Source: Patescibacteria group bacterium (GTDB lineage Bacteria; Patescibacteriota; Microgenomatia; UBA10105; UBA927). Taken from it: a DNA stretch of 64,000 bases. This document shows positions 18,430-27,746 of the stretch, piece after piece. The notes under the pieces were generated by a model, which worked only from the letters and a program-made list of their open reading frames with translations, was not told the origin of the DNA and ran no database searches. Location of the stretch: assembly GCA_038062895.1 (NCBI GenBank), contig JBBTWJ010000005.1:131715-195714 (forward strand). The letters run 5' to 3'. Position 1 is the stretch's first letter; each line of letters starts with the position of its first letter. The translations under genes were made by a program, and so were the position numbers.

Positions 18430-18747
18430 CATGCCGCGTAGTGAAACTTCAGAAGATTATGTTCTTTTACGTTTATGTATTGAAAAGCGTGGAGAATGAT
18501 CATCTGTATATTGGATCAACAAGTGACCTGGCTCGTCGGGTAAAAGAACATAATCTTGGACTCAGTCCATCAACGAAGCCATATAAACCGTGGAAGCTTA
18601 TATACTATGAAGCATGTCTCAACGAACAAGACGCAAAACGCAGAGAAAAATATATTAAAACCAGTCAAGGAGGGAGACTTCTCAAGCGCAGATTGAAGGA
18701 ATATTTCTTTTCTCTGCGTTTTGCCTGAAGTTCTACTACCCGGTATG
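18430..18747 (+). mobile_element. Start-codon-associated TIR element carrying a GIY-YIG gene
   Basis: CATGCCGCGTAGTGAAACTTCAG (18430-18452) and CTGAAGTTCTACTACCCGGTATG (18725-18747) pair at 21/23 positions counting G-U; final ATG is the next gene's start. Confidence 0.8.
18459..18728 (+). CDS. GIY-YIG nuclease (single domain)
   Basis: FYVYVLKS..LYIGSTSDLARRVKEHN, WKLIYYEA, AKRREKYIKT. Confidence 0.92.
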   Translation: MFFYVYVLKSVENDHLYIGSTSDLARRVKEHNLGLSPSTKPYKPWKLIYYEACLNEQDAKRREKYIKTSQGGRLLKRRLKEYFFSLRFA

Positions 18748-19362
18748 GAGCCAGGGAAGAACGGAAAGAAGCCGCTCAAGTATTCTTCTATCGCCATGTC
18801 CGGGCGTCCCGGGGCAGGAAGATCCACACTTCTGAAAAATCTCCGTCCCTATTTAGAACCCCTCAAATGGGAATTTTTTTCCGGAGGAGACTGGTCACGG
18901 CAGTTTGCCATCAAAGCCGGTACCCATGATGCAGATGATGCAAAACATCATTTGGCAACGGCGTATGGAGATGACGTGGATCTCCAAATAGATGTGGCAA
19001 TGCGGGAGAAAATTGCGAACCCGTCGGTTCACATGGCTATTGAGAGCTGGATCGCCGGGTGGAACGCGCGGGGGATCAAGCACGTGCTGAAGGTGCTGTT
19101 GATGTGTGACAGTTCACTGCGCATTGATCGCATCGTCAACCGCGACAATATCACCGTCCAGGACGCCAAAGCGCATATCCGAATGCGGGAAGACTCCAAT
19201 CTAACTAAATGGAAACGGATGTATAAGACAAAAGATTTCTGGGATCCCAAGCACTATGATCTCATCATCAACACCTACTCCCATGGGCCTCTGGAAACTC
19301 TTGAGCTTGTTCTTCAGGCGTTGGGCTACTTCAGCGCCAACGGCCAAAAGCCAAACGCGTGA
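18745..19362 (+). CDS. Cytidylate kinase-like P-loop kinase (archaeal Cmk type)
   Basis: IAMSGRPGAGRST, FFSGGD, RIDRIVNRD, YDLIINT. Confidence 0.75.
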   Translation: MEPGKNGKKPLKYSSIAMSGRPGAGRSTLLKNLRPYLEPLKWEFFSGGDWSRQFAIKAGTHDADDAKHHLATAYGDDVDLQIDVAMREKIANPSVHMAIESWIAGWNARGIKHVLKVLLMCDSSLRIDRIVNRDNITVQDAKAHIRMREDSNLTKWKRMYKTKDFWDPKHYDLIINTYSHGPLETLELVLQALGYFSANGQKPNA

Positions 19363-19374
19363 TAAAATATCTTC

Positions 19375-19806
19375 ATGGAACGCTTCAAAATGATCGCCTC
19401 CTCGTATTTGATTCTCGTTGTTGACGGCCAAGTACTTCTCTCGCGGCGGTACCAGACGGGGTATGAGGATGGGAACTATAGTTTGCCGGCCGGACACGTG
19501 GAGGACGGGGAGTCGCTTACGGAATGTATGGCGCGGGAAGCGCGTGAGGAGATTGGCGTAATGGTTCCACCGAAACAATATACTCTCGTTCATGTGATGC
19601 ACAGGAAAAAAGCAGATATCCGGATGGACTTTTTCTTTACGGCTGATATTGGCAATCAGAAGCCTGTCATCCGGGAGCCGGAAAAGTGTGATGACCTGCG
19701 GTGGTTCCCGTTAAAGAAATTGCCGACCAACACCATTCCCTATATCCGCCATGCAATCGAGTGCCATCAGAAAAAGATTTTCTATTCTGAATTTGTGTGG
19801 GAGTAG
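19375..19806 (+). CDS. NUDIX hydrolase
   Basis: Nudix box GHVEDGESLTECMAREAREEIGV; EPEKCD. Confidence 0.92.
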   Translation: MERFKMIASSYLILVVDGQVLLSRRYQTGYEDGNYSLPAGHVEDGESLTECMAREAREEIGVMVPPKQYTLVHVMHRKKADIRMDFFFTADIGNQKPVIREPEKCDDLRWFPLKKLPTNTIPYIRHAIECHQKKIFYSEFVWE

Positions 19807-19819
19807 CAAATATGAACTT

Positions 19820-20377
19820 ATGATTCCGACTGAAGAACAGGCGCGGGCGCTCTGGGATAAGTACGAGCTGCCGGAGAAAAAACGTCAGCACGTGATGCTG
19901 GTGGCTCGGGTGGCGGAGTTCCTTGCACGACAAATTGACAAAGCAACAAACCAACAAATTAACCAATCACTTCTTCAAGCAAGCGCGCTGCTGCATGATA
20001 TTGATAAAAATGTGGAAAAGCTTCCCGGGGAACGGCATCCGGATGCGGGAGTGAGGATATTACGGGAAGAGGGGATGGGGGAGGTAGCCGAAATAGTAAA
20101 AACCCATTCGGTGCATGCAATTCTCGATCCCGCCATCATCCCGAAGACGTGGGAGGAGAAACTTCTGTTTCTTGCCGACAAAATGGTCAAGCAGGAGGTG
20201 ATCGGTGTGGATGCGCGGTTTGCCCAGTGGGACGCAGAAGATTTACCAGCATCGGAGATAGCGATGCTTCGTCGTGCATACCCCAACGTAAAGGAATTGG
20301 AGAAAGAAGTATTTGATTTGATCGGAATAGAAGCGGAAACATGTATGCGAATGATAAGAGAGGATAGGAGAGGTTAA
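19820..20377 (+). CDS. HD-domain phosphohydrolase
   Basis: QHVMLVA, ALLHDIDK, H..AG..IL, LFLADK. Confidence 0.85.
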   Translation: MIPTEEQARALWDKYELPEKKRQHVMLVARVAEFLARQIDKATNQQINQSLLQASALLHDIDKNVEKLPGERHPDAGVRILREEGMGEVAEIVKTHSVHAILDPAIIPKTWEEKLLFLADKMVKQEVIGVDARFAQWDAEDLPASEIAMLRRAYPNVKELEKEVFDLIGIEAETCMRMIREDRRG

Positions 20378-20449
20378 GAGATTTTATGAGAAGGATTTGC
20401 AATCGTATTGTTATCGGGCGTATACTGGGGGCTAGTTTAAGGAGGAATC

Positions 20450-21049
20450 ATGAACATATCATTGGTCACCGTATTATTTGCTTTATTTTTTAGTTTTGCT
20501 TCGCTATCACCTTCCTTCGCTATAACGACACCCACAAAAACGACAGTATCAAACCCTGTGGTCGAAGCCATAAAAGTACCTGCGGAAAAAACCGATGGAG
20601 GTATGGAAAAAAAGCAGGAATACCTGCTCCCATTCCCGGGAATTCTTCCGGATCATCCGCTCTATTTCCTCAAACAAGTGCGCGATGGAATCATGGATCG
20701 GCTCATCGTAGACCCTTTGCGTAAGGCAGAGTTTCATGTGCTTCAGGCGGACAAGAGACTCAACATGGGCAAGGTATTGGTAGAGCAGAAAAAAGAGAAG
20801 CTCGCCGAAGAAGTGATCTCTAAAGGGGAAAAATATTTGGAGCGCGCGGTGAGCGGGCTTATGGCTTACAAATCTTTAGGCCGGCCGGTGCCGGCAAGTA
20901 TCATCGATAAACTAACGCGCTCTCTGGAAAAGCACGTGGAGGTGTTGACGGACCTCGTCGCCAAAACTTCCGGTACTGTCCAGTCGGGATTGACCGGGTC
21001 GCTGGACTTCGTCAAGAAATTACAAGGGGAAGTGGAGAAACTGAAATAA
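20450..21049 (+). CDS. DUF5667-like secreted protein
   Basis: Signal peptide; YLLPFPGILPDHPLYFLK, ADKRL. Confidence 0.75.
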   Translation: MNISLVTVLFALFFSFASLSPSFAITTPTKTTVSNPVVEAIKVPAEKTDGGMEKKQEYLLPFPGILPDHPLYFLKQVRDGIMDRLIVDPLRKAEFHVLQADKRLNMGKVLVEQKKEKLAEEVISKGEKYLERAVSGLMAYKSLGRPVPASIIDKLTRSLEKHVEVLTDLVAKTSGTVQSGLTGSLDFVKKLQGEVEKLK

Positions 21050-21285
21050 AAGTACGGGAGGTACGAAAAGTACGAGATGTACGGGAGGAACAGGGAAAGA
21101 GACAAGCGGATTATTATCCACAATATATGAATAGTTCTGAATCATTGAACACAATTAATACATATATCGCTGGTCACTCGTTTTTTGTCTCCTGTCGCTT
21201 GCATTAAACCCCGTACTTTTTCCTCAATTCTTGGCGGCCGAGGCTAGCAAAAATGATTGACTGTATTTGATCTAGAAATGACTAG

Positions 21286-21348
21286 TTGACGGGGCGCGGA
21301 AACCTTCATATAGTGGTCTAACATTGGTGTTCGCTCCACAGGTAGTGT
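21286..21348 (+). promoter_or_regulatory. Sigma70 promoter with two candidate NrdR boxes
   Basis: TTGACG-17-TATAGT; degenerate NrdR-box-like 16-mers at 21301 and 21333 (32-bp spacing) upstream of nrdR-nrdJ. Confidence 0.55.
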
Positions 21349-21394
21349 TTTTTGTTTCACGGTGTGGCGCGCGATTAGCACTTGATAAAAGATA

Positions 21395-21452
21395 CATGAT
21401 GAGCACATGATCACGAGCTGATCACGTTGGTTTCCATCACGTGCTCATCGCG
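21395..21452. repeat. Empty copy of the GxxExxY-flanking inverted repeat family
   Basis: GATGAGCACATGAT...ATCACGTGCTCATC, same units as 51607-51644/52042-52078. Confidence 0.7.
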
Positions 21453-21465
21453 CGCTTTCGCGCGC

Positions 21466-21912
21466 ATGAAGTGTCCATACTGCAATCACGAAGAAACAGA
21501 GGTTTTGGAGACGCGCGACAGCGAGGATTTAGCCGTGACACGCCGCCGCCGAACGTGTACCAAGTGCGAGAAACGGTTTACGACGTACGAACGGCTTGAA
21601 TCCGTGCCCATTACGGTCATCAAGAAAGACGAACGGCGAGAAACATTTGACCGGGAGAAGCTCAAGCGCGGGATTGTGCATTCAAGCGGAAAGACAACGG
21701 TAAAAGCTGAAGACATTGATCGAATCGTTGATGAGGTGGAGCGCGAGCTTATCGGCGGGGAAAGCGTGGAGGTCACCAGCAAAAAGATAGGGGAGCTCGT
21801 CGCTAAGAGATTGAAAAAATTAGATAAGGTGGCGTATATACGCTTTGCAAGCGTGTTTCGAAGCTTTGTGGATGTGGAGGATTTTGAGCGGGAAGTGAAA
21901 AAATTGCTCTGA
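21466..21912 (+). CDS. nrdR: Transcriptional repressor NrdR
   Basis: MKCPYC, RRRRTCTKCEKRFTTYE, ATP-cone, DKVAYIRFASV. Confidence 0.97.
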   Translation: MKCPYCNHEETEVLETRDSEDLAVTRRRRTCTKCEKRFTTYERLESVPITVIKKDERRETFDREKLKRGIVHSSGKTTVKAEDIDRIVDEVERELIGGESVEVTSKKIGELVAKRLKKLDKVAYIRFASVFRSFVDVEDFEREVKKLL

Positions 21913-21951
21913 GCAATTTTTTCATCCTGAGCGAAGTCGAAGGATCTCATT

Positions 21952-24471
21952 ATGGATCTCACCGGCATCAGACAAAAAGTATTCTTAGACCGTTACGCGC
22001 TCAAGGACGAAGCGGGTAACCCTACCGAAAAAACGCCGGAGGAGATGTGGCGCCGGGTCGCCCATGCCATAGCCCAAGTGGAACCTAAAAAACAGCGTGA
22101 GCAGTGGGAGAACAAATTTTATCAGGCGATGGATAATTTCGTCCTGGTGCCCGGGGGACGGATCCTTTCGGGTGCCGGAACGGGGTATAAAGTCACCTAT
22201 TATAATTGTTTCGTAATCCCGAGCCCCCATGACTCGCGGCAGGGAATCCTCAACACTCTTTCACAAATGGTAGAAATCATGTCCCGCGGCGGCGGGGTTG
22301 GGATCAATCTCTCGAGTTTGCGTCCCAGAGGTGCGCGCGTACAGAAGGTCAACGGATTCTCGTCCGGCCCCTGCAACTGGGCGGAACTTTTCAGTGTCGC
22401 GACCCGCGACATCATTCAACAAGGGGGAAGCCGGAGGGGCGCTCTCATGCTCATGCTCTGGGATTGGCATCCGGATGTCGAGGAGTTTATCACCGTGAAA
22501 CAGGACCTCGCGCGCATTAATGGCGCAAACCTCTCTGTGTGTGTCTCGGACGCGTTCATGGAAGCGGTGAAAAAGGACGCGGATTGGGATCTCGTATTTC
22601 CCGACAAAAGTGATCCCGAGTATGACGAGAAATGGGATGGCTATCTTCCTAACTGGCTAAAGCTTGGCAAGAAAGTCATCGTTCAAAAAACAATAAAAGC
22701 CCGTGCATTATGGGACCTCGTTGCACAAGCCGCATGGAAGTCTGCAGAGCCCGGGGTTGTTTTTATGGAGCGTAATAATAAATGGTTTAATAATTATTAT
22801 TGGGAATATGTCAATTGTGTTAATCCCTGCGGTGAAGAACCGCTGCCGAATTATGGGGTCTGCAATCTCACATCCATTAATTTGTCTGCATTAGTCAATG
22901 AACAAGGCGATATGGATTATATGCGGCTCTCCGAGGTGGCCAAGACAGGCGTACGATTCCAGGATGATGTGATTGATGCTGATGTATACATATTCCCTGA
23001 GATAAAAAAACGACAAGTTGAAGGCGAACGTCGGATTGGCTTGGGGACTATGGGGCTAGGGGACGCGCTCATCAAAATGAAGCTCCGATACGGATCAAAA
23101 GAAAGTCTCGCGGTGATTGATAAGATTTATCAAACCATCCGGGACGCTGCCTACGAATCCTCTGTGGAAGTGGCGGCCGAAAAAGGCGCGTTTCCGGCAA
23201 TCGATATAAAGAAGCATCTGGAGGGATATTTCGTCAAACAACTTCCCGAAGAAATCAAAAAGAAAATAAAAAAGCATGGCGTGCGAAACTCGGTCATCCT
23301 GCAACAGGCGCCGACAGGGAGTACATCCCTCATGGTGGGAGTGAGCTCCGGCATAGAGCCGGTGTATGAGTTTGAGTTTCTGCGCCACGACCGTTTAGGT
23401 GAACACATCATCCGCCACCCATTATATGATGCGTGGGTTTCTCAATTTATCGCAACGAATAGACGAGAACCGAATAAAGCAGACCGGCCGGATTATTTTG
23501 TGTCCGCAAACGACTTGACCCCCGAGGACCACGTCTATGTCCAGGCTGCAATACAGAAACATGTCGACGCTTCGATCAGCAAGACAGTCAACGCCCCGAA
23601 GACCCATACGGTTGAGGACGTGAAGCGGCTGTATACACTCGCTTATGAATTAGGGTGCAAGGGAATCGCGTACATGCGGGAGGGGAGCAGGCAGGGAGTG
23701 CTCGAGCGGATAGAGGAAGCGAAACCCACGGTTGAGGGAAAACCAGATGAGGTGAAAGTAGCCGGTCAGTATGTGCCGGAGGTCAAGCCCCGGCCGATGG
23801 TCGTCCACGGATCGACCTACCAAGTGGAGACGCCGGTCGGACAAGCGTATGTGACCATCAATACCAATGGAGGCCGCCAGCCGCTTGAGCTTTTTATGAA
23901 CATCGGGAAGGCAGGGAGCGATGTCACCGCGATGGCGGAAGCTATGGGTCGGCTGATTTCTCTCATTTTCCGAATTGCCTCACCGGTTTCCCCAATCGAA
24001 CGCGCACACAAAGTAGCGGCAGAGCTTATCGGTATCGGGGGAGCGCGTTCTCTCGGGTTTGGGGAAAACCGGGTGCGGAGTTTGCCGGATGCCGTCGCGA
24101 AAGTCATTGACCGGCATTTTGGATTTTTTACCAAGCATAAGTTGACCGATGTCCCGCAACCTGCAGCAGGAGGCGACGTGATGGCGTCACACGAAACAAA
24201 CGGAAATGGTTCGACTCCGTTCACCACAGGTGGTGCTGCCATGACGACAACTTTAATGAATGGAGCCACCAATGGAAATGGTCATATGACGGAATTAAAA
24301 ACGGACAACAATGATGATAAAGAGCAGACAGTGGACGCGGCATCCTACCAGCGGGCGGTAGCCCAAGAGCGGGTGGTGACGGTCGATCTTTGCCCGAGCT
24401 GTGGCGAGGGGAGTCTGGTATTTGAGGAAAGTTGTAAGAAATGCTACTCGTGCGGATATTCGGAATGCTAA
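21952..24471 (+). CDS. nrdJ: Adenosylcobalamin-dependent (class II) ribonucleotide reductase with C-terminal TSCPD and Zn-ribbon domains
   Basis: YNCFVI, QGGSRRGA, NPCGEEPL, CNLTSINL, APTGSTS, ISKTVN, CPSCG..CKKCYSCGYSEC; adjacent pduO. Confidence 0.92.
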   Translation: MDLTGIRQKVFLDRYALKDEAGNPTEKTPEEMWRRVAHAIAQVEPKKQREQWENKFYQAMDNFVLVPGGRILSGAGTGYKVTYYNCFVIPSPHDSRQGILNTLSQMVEIMSRGGGVGINLSSLRPRGARVQKVNGFSSGPCNWAELFSVATRDIIQQGGSRRGALMLMLWDWHPDVEEFITVKQDLARINGANLSVCVSDAFMEAVKKDADWDLVFPDKSDPEYDEKWDGYLPNWLKLGKKVIVQKTIKARALWDLVAQAAWKSAEPGVVFMERNNKWFNNYYWEYVNCVNPCGEEPLPNYGVCNLTSINLSALVNEQGDMDYMRLSEVAKTGVRFQDDVIDADVYIFPEIKKRQVEGERRIGLGTMGLGDALIKMKLRYGSKESLAVIDKIYQTIRDAAYESSVEVAAEKGAFPAIDIKKHLEGYFVKQLPEEIKKKIKKHGVRNSVILQQAPTGSTSLMVGVSSGIEPVYEFEFLRHDRLGEHIIRHPLYDAWVSQFIATNRREPNKADRPDYFVSANDLTPEDHVYVQAAIQKHVDASISKTVNAPKTHTVEDVKRLYTLAYELGCKGIAYMREGSRQGVLERIEEAKPTVEGKPDEVKVAGQYVPEVKPRPMVVHGSTYQVETPVGQAYVTINTNGGRQPLELFMNIGKAGSDVTAMAEAMGRLISLIFRIASPVSPIERAHKVAAELIGIGGARSLGFGENRVRSLPDAVAKVIDRHFGFFTKHKLTDVPQPAAGGDVMASHETNGNGSTPFTTGGAAMTTTLMNGATNGNGHMTELKTDNNDDKEQTVDAASYQRAVAQERVVTVDLCPSCGEGSLVFEESCKKCYSCGYSEC

Positions 24472-24474
24472 GCC

Positions 24475-24605
24475 GCAAACTCTAAGCACTAAATCCTAAA
24501 TTCTAAACAAATTCAAATGTTCAAAATTTCAAATTCAAAACGGTTTGAATATTTGGATTTAGGATTTTGATATTGTTTGGGATTTAGAAATTAGGATTTG
24601 GGATT
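24475..24605. repeat. Long low-complexity inverted repeat (7-8-nt degenerate units)
   Basis: CTAAATCCTAAATTCTAAACAAATTCAAAT... mirrored by ...ATTTGGATTTAGGATTTTG...TTTGGGATTTAG. Confidence 0.75.
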
Positions 24606-24608
24606 TAT

Positions 24609-25193
24609 ATGGCAATTTATACCCGTACCGGCGATACCGGATCAACGTCCCTCTTTGGCGGTAAGCGCGTCCTCAAGTGCGAGGAGCTTGTGGAGGTCTA
24701 TGGGTCGCTTGATGAGTTAAATTCGTGGATTGGGCATGTCGCATCACTCTTTCCTTCTCCGGATGTCAAACAATTTCTTCAGACCATACAATCCGATGTC
24801 TTTACGATCGGCAGCACGCTTGCAGGGTGGAAGAATGGAGATTTGACTGCACTGGAAAGCCGGGTAAAGGAAATGGAAGCGCGGATCGATGCCATGGAGG
24901 AGAGTTTACCTCCAATCCGGAATTTCATCCTGCCGGGTGGCGCGGAGTTGGCCGCTCACACACATATTACGCGCAGTATTTGCCGGAGAGTGGAGAGGCA
25001 ACTTGTTTCATTGAAGGTACGAGAAGTACAGGAAGTACAGGAAGTACAGGAGGTACGGGAGGGAGATGTTGACGTGATGATTAAGTACCTCAACCGGCTT
25101 TCGGACTTGTTTTTTATGCTCGCGCGGTTTATAAACAAGCAGGAGAATGTGGAAGAAGTGATTTGGAATGGAAACCATTCCAAATCATCCTGA
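24609..25193 (+). CDS. pduO: ATP:cob(I)alamin adenosyltransferase (PduO type) with in-frame EVQ repeat
   Basis: IYTRTGDTGSTSLFGG, YGSLDELNS, FILPGG, RSICRRVER, YLNRLSDLFF. Confidence 0.93.
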   Translation: MAIYTRTGDTGSTSLFGGKRVLKCEELVEVYGSLDELNSWIGHVASLFPSPDVKQFLQTIQSDVFTIGSTLAGWKNGDLTALESRVKEMEARIDAMEESLPPIRNFILPGGAELAAHTHITRSICRRVERQLVSLKVREVQEVQEVQEVREGDVDVMIKYLNRLSDLFFMLARFINKQENVEEVIWNGNHSKSS

Positions 25194-25218
25194 GCGAGTA
25201 AAGCGAGTCGAAGGATCT

Positions 25219-25320
25219 TAAAAATACAGATATCAGGGGAATCGTGGTGTGAATCCACGGCTGTGCCGCAACTGTAAAGCCAGAAAACCTGAATCGTAGA
25301 CCGTCTCTCGAGCAAGGGGA
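25219..25320 (+). ncRNA. Cobalamin riboswitch (compact class II-like)
   Basis: TCAGGGGAA-TCGTGGTGTGAATCCACGG-CTGTGCCGCAACTGTA-AAGCCAGAAAACCTGA core; TCAGG/CCTGA closing helix; downstream CGAGCAAG loop; next to nrdJ/pduO. Confidence 0.75.
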
Positions 25321-25333
25321 ATTTTTTTGGTGT

Positions 25334-25362
25334 AGCCCTCTTGATTATGAGAGGGCTTTTAT
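25334..25362 (+). terminator. Intrinsic terminator-like hairpin (possible riboswitch expression platform)
   Basis: AGCCCTCT-TGATTATG-AGAGGGCT-TTT just before the GNAT ATG. Confidence 0.55.
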
Positions 25363-25363
25363 T

Positions 25364-25837
25364 ATGGAATTTACCATACGACAGGGGACAGAAGAAAAAG
25401 ATTTTTCGCTTATCCAAGCGCTTAACGCCGCTCTTTTTGCGGAAGATCAGAATCATGACGGCGCGCTGGATACCCATTGGCCGGTGAGTGTCGCGGGCGT
25501 GGAGTATTATATGAAATCCCTCATGGACACGCAAAAAATTGTGTTCATTGCCGAGGATGATCAAACCAATCCTGTAGGGTACATCATTGCCTCGATGGTC
25601 AATAAATGGCGGTACCGTATAGTAAAAACCGGAGAACTCGAGAACATGTATGTCACTCCGGCTGCCCGAAAGCAAGGAGTGGGGCGTGCTCTCATCGAAA
25701 AAATAAAAATATGGCTGAAGGCAAAGGGAGTGGAGCGGCTCTATGTTTCCGCGTATACCACTAACACCAACGCGATAGCTTTTTACGAAACAAACGGCTT
25801 TGCGCCATGGGAGACAGGGATGGAGGCAACCCTCTAA
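25364..25837 (+). CDS. GNAT acetyltransferase
   Basis: LENMYVTPAARKQGVGRALI, NTNAIAFYETNGF. Confidence 0.9.
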   Translation: MEFTIRQGTEEKDFSLIQALNAALFAEDQNHDGALDTHWPVSVAGVEYYMKSLMDTQKIVFIAEDDQTNPVGYIIASMVNKWRYRIVKTGELENMYVTPAARKQGVGRALIEKIKIWLKAKGVERLYVSAYTTNTNAIAFYETNGFAPWETGMEATL

Positions 25838-25838
25838 T

Positions 25839-27734
25839 ATGGCAGAATTTGCCCTTGGTGGAGACAACGGCGGACACAGTTGGAATAATGCCATCGCCCA
25901 CGCGACGTACGAGGAGAACGTGGAAAAGTTTGGCGCAGATACAGCAAGGAATTATTTACGGAAGGACATCCGTAGCTTCATACAGGAACAAAAAGGACAG
26001 GAAAGCCAATGGTCGCTTACTGTGCAGGGCGGCCGGATGGTAACGGAGACGGGGGTAAGCCTGGACGAAATGACCGCGAATATTACCCAGGGGCGATATA
26101 GCAATCTCGTGCCGGAGAACATAAAAGCTACCGCACCTCTAGAGGCAGCGACACTCCGGGAAGCGACAAGGCTTGCAGTTGATGGTGCGGAAAAAATTAT
26201 TTTGCCGGAACAGCATTTGGACGCGGACGGCAATATCGTTTCCCGCTATCTTTCTGTTTGGACGAAGAATGCTTCTGACTCCACACGGTATGACGGATCA
26301 AGAATTGATTTGGGAAAAAATATACGGATCGAAGACGTGCGAACCGGCACGTCTTTTACTGCATTTGAACAACATGAAAGTATCTCTTTTCATCAACATA
26401 AAGATGAAAAACGAGCGTTCGTACTGGCGATTCATTCCAATTCAGAAGACTCGTTTCGAGTGGTGAAAGATTCCTTAGTGACAAAGGTGCACAGATCTCA
26501 TCAGGAAACCTATTCGATTCCCGTCGTGCGGGAAGGACGACAGAAACAAACAGATATCAAAGAGAACCGTCATGCTGATATGTTGACGGAGGTCCCCCGT
26601 GCTGTTTTTCGTGATGTTCGTGAAACGGCAGGGAGCGTATCGATCTTTTTACGGAATAAAAAGGAACAGATTAACTATGATAACGAGAGAAAGAGCGAAC
26701 GATTAACCCTCAAAAAAATCCGTGAGAAGCCAGTGCGGCTTGGTCACGTTATCGAAAAGCGACACATCGAAATGCGCCGCGCCGTAGTATCAATCGCCGT
26801 GATCGCCGAGACCGGAGTCGCCCTCCACGCGGTGCCGGTGTTGCTTGCGAGACTCTCTGAAACGTCGCCTGCGCCGATCCGGGCGGTCGAGAAGAGTATA
26901 CGAAGACACGAGAAAAAAGTACCCCACTTCGCTAAAGCTTCGCGGGGCAGGCGGGAGGTGCAAAAAACACGAGCGGTAAGAAGGAGTTTTGAAAAGGTTC
27001 AACCCTTGAAACCCTTGATGTCAGAAAGGATTGAACCTTTCAGAAGCGTTAAAGAACGTAGGAAGAGGGTGAAGCGCGGAGGGGAGAAGTGGATCAAAAC
27101 AGTTGCGGCCGCAGAGATATTGGCACCGATCGCCACAGAAAAGCGGGAGAGGCGAGTGTGGAAACGACTGCGACGGATCATGAGGAGAGCGGAGCGAGTT
27201 CTCGAGAGTAAGCGAATGCCAAAACGAGAGAAGAAGCTGTGGCGAGCGTTGGCCGTGACTGCCGCGAAATTAGCTTCGCAAGGCCAGGCCTTGCGAAGCT
27301 GGGAAGTAAAAAAGCGAAACGATATCACCCACAAGAGTCGAGACGTTCTGACATCGAAGCCAGCCCTCGAGGCCGGGAGTTTAGCAGGGCGCAAAGAACA
27401 GGCGGCAATGGCGGGAGTCCGTTTTGCGTTCGTGGTATGGGCGTTGCTGAACCGTGCTAATTTCCCTCCGGTCGAGAGTAAATTAGCAATATTTACTTCA
27501 AAAGAAGGAAGAAGAAGAATACGTGCCAAGCTAGTTCACCCGAAGGGTGAGAAGAAGGGTGAGGAAAAAGAGTTGACGCCGTGGGTATTGCTATCCATCA
27601 TTTGGTATATGACCGCGATACGCGAGCAGGGGAGAGGATCAAATCCGACCAATCCGGCCAATATACCAATCCGACCAATTAAAAAGGTTCTAACATTTCC
27701 GCAATATGCAGTCATTTTTGCGTATGCTTCGTGA
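25839..27734 (+). CDS. Hypothetical protein; basic C-terminal half contains several repeat-derived inserts
   Basis: 631-aa ORF; in-frame palindromes at 26922, 26991, 27272 and low-complexity tract at 27641. Confidence 0.6.
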   Translation: MAEFALGGDNGGHSWNNAIAHATYEENVEKFGADTARNYLRKDIRSFIQEQKGQESQWSLTVQGGRMVTETGVSLDEMTANITQGRYSNLVPENIKATAPLEAATLREATRLAVDGAEKIILPEQHLDADGNIVSRYLSVWTKNASDSTRYDGSRIDLGKNIRIEDVRTGTSFTAFEQHESISFHQHKDEKRAFVLAIHSNSEDSFRVVKDSLVTKVHRSHQETYSIPVVREGRQKQTDIKENRHADMLTEVPRAVFRDVRETAGSVSIFLRNKKEQINYDNERKSERLTLKKIREKPVRLGHVIEKRHIEMRRAVVSIAVIAETGVALHAVPVLLARLSETSPAPIRAVEKSIRRHEKKVPHFAKASRGRREVQKTRAVRRSFEKVQPLKPLMSERIEPFRSVKERRKRVKRGGEKWIKTVAAAEILAPIATEKRERRVWKRLRRIMRRAERVLESKRMPKREKKLWRALAVTAAKLASQGQALRSWEVKKRNDITHKSRDVLTSKPALEAGSLAGRKEQAAMAGVRFAFVVWALLNRANFPPVESKLAIFTSKEGRRRIRAKLVHPKGEKKGEEKELTPWVLLSIIWYMTAIREQGRGSNPTNPANIPIRPIKKVLTFPQYAVIFAYAS

Positions 27735-27746
27735 TATGATAAATAT

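Noticed and set aside
24956-25894. 312-aa minus-strand ORF and other long antisense ORFs (e.g. 60705-61454, 29800-30423)
   Set aside because: They overlap well-supported genes and show no recognisable motifs.
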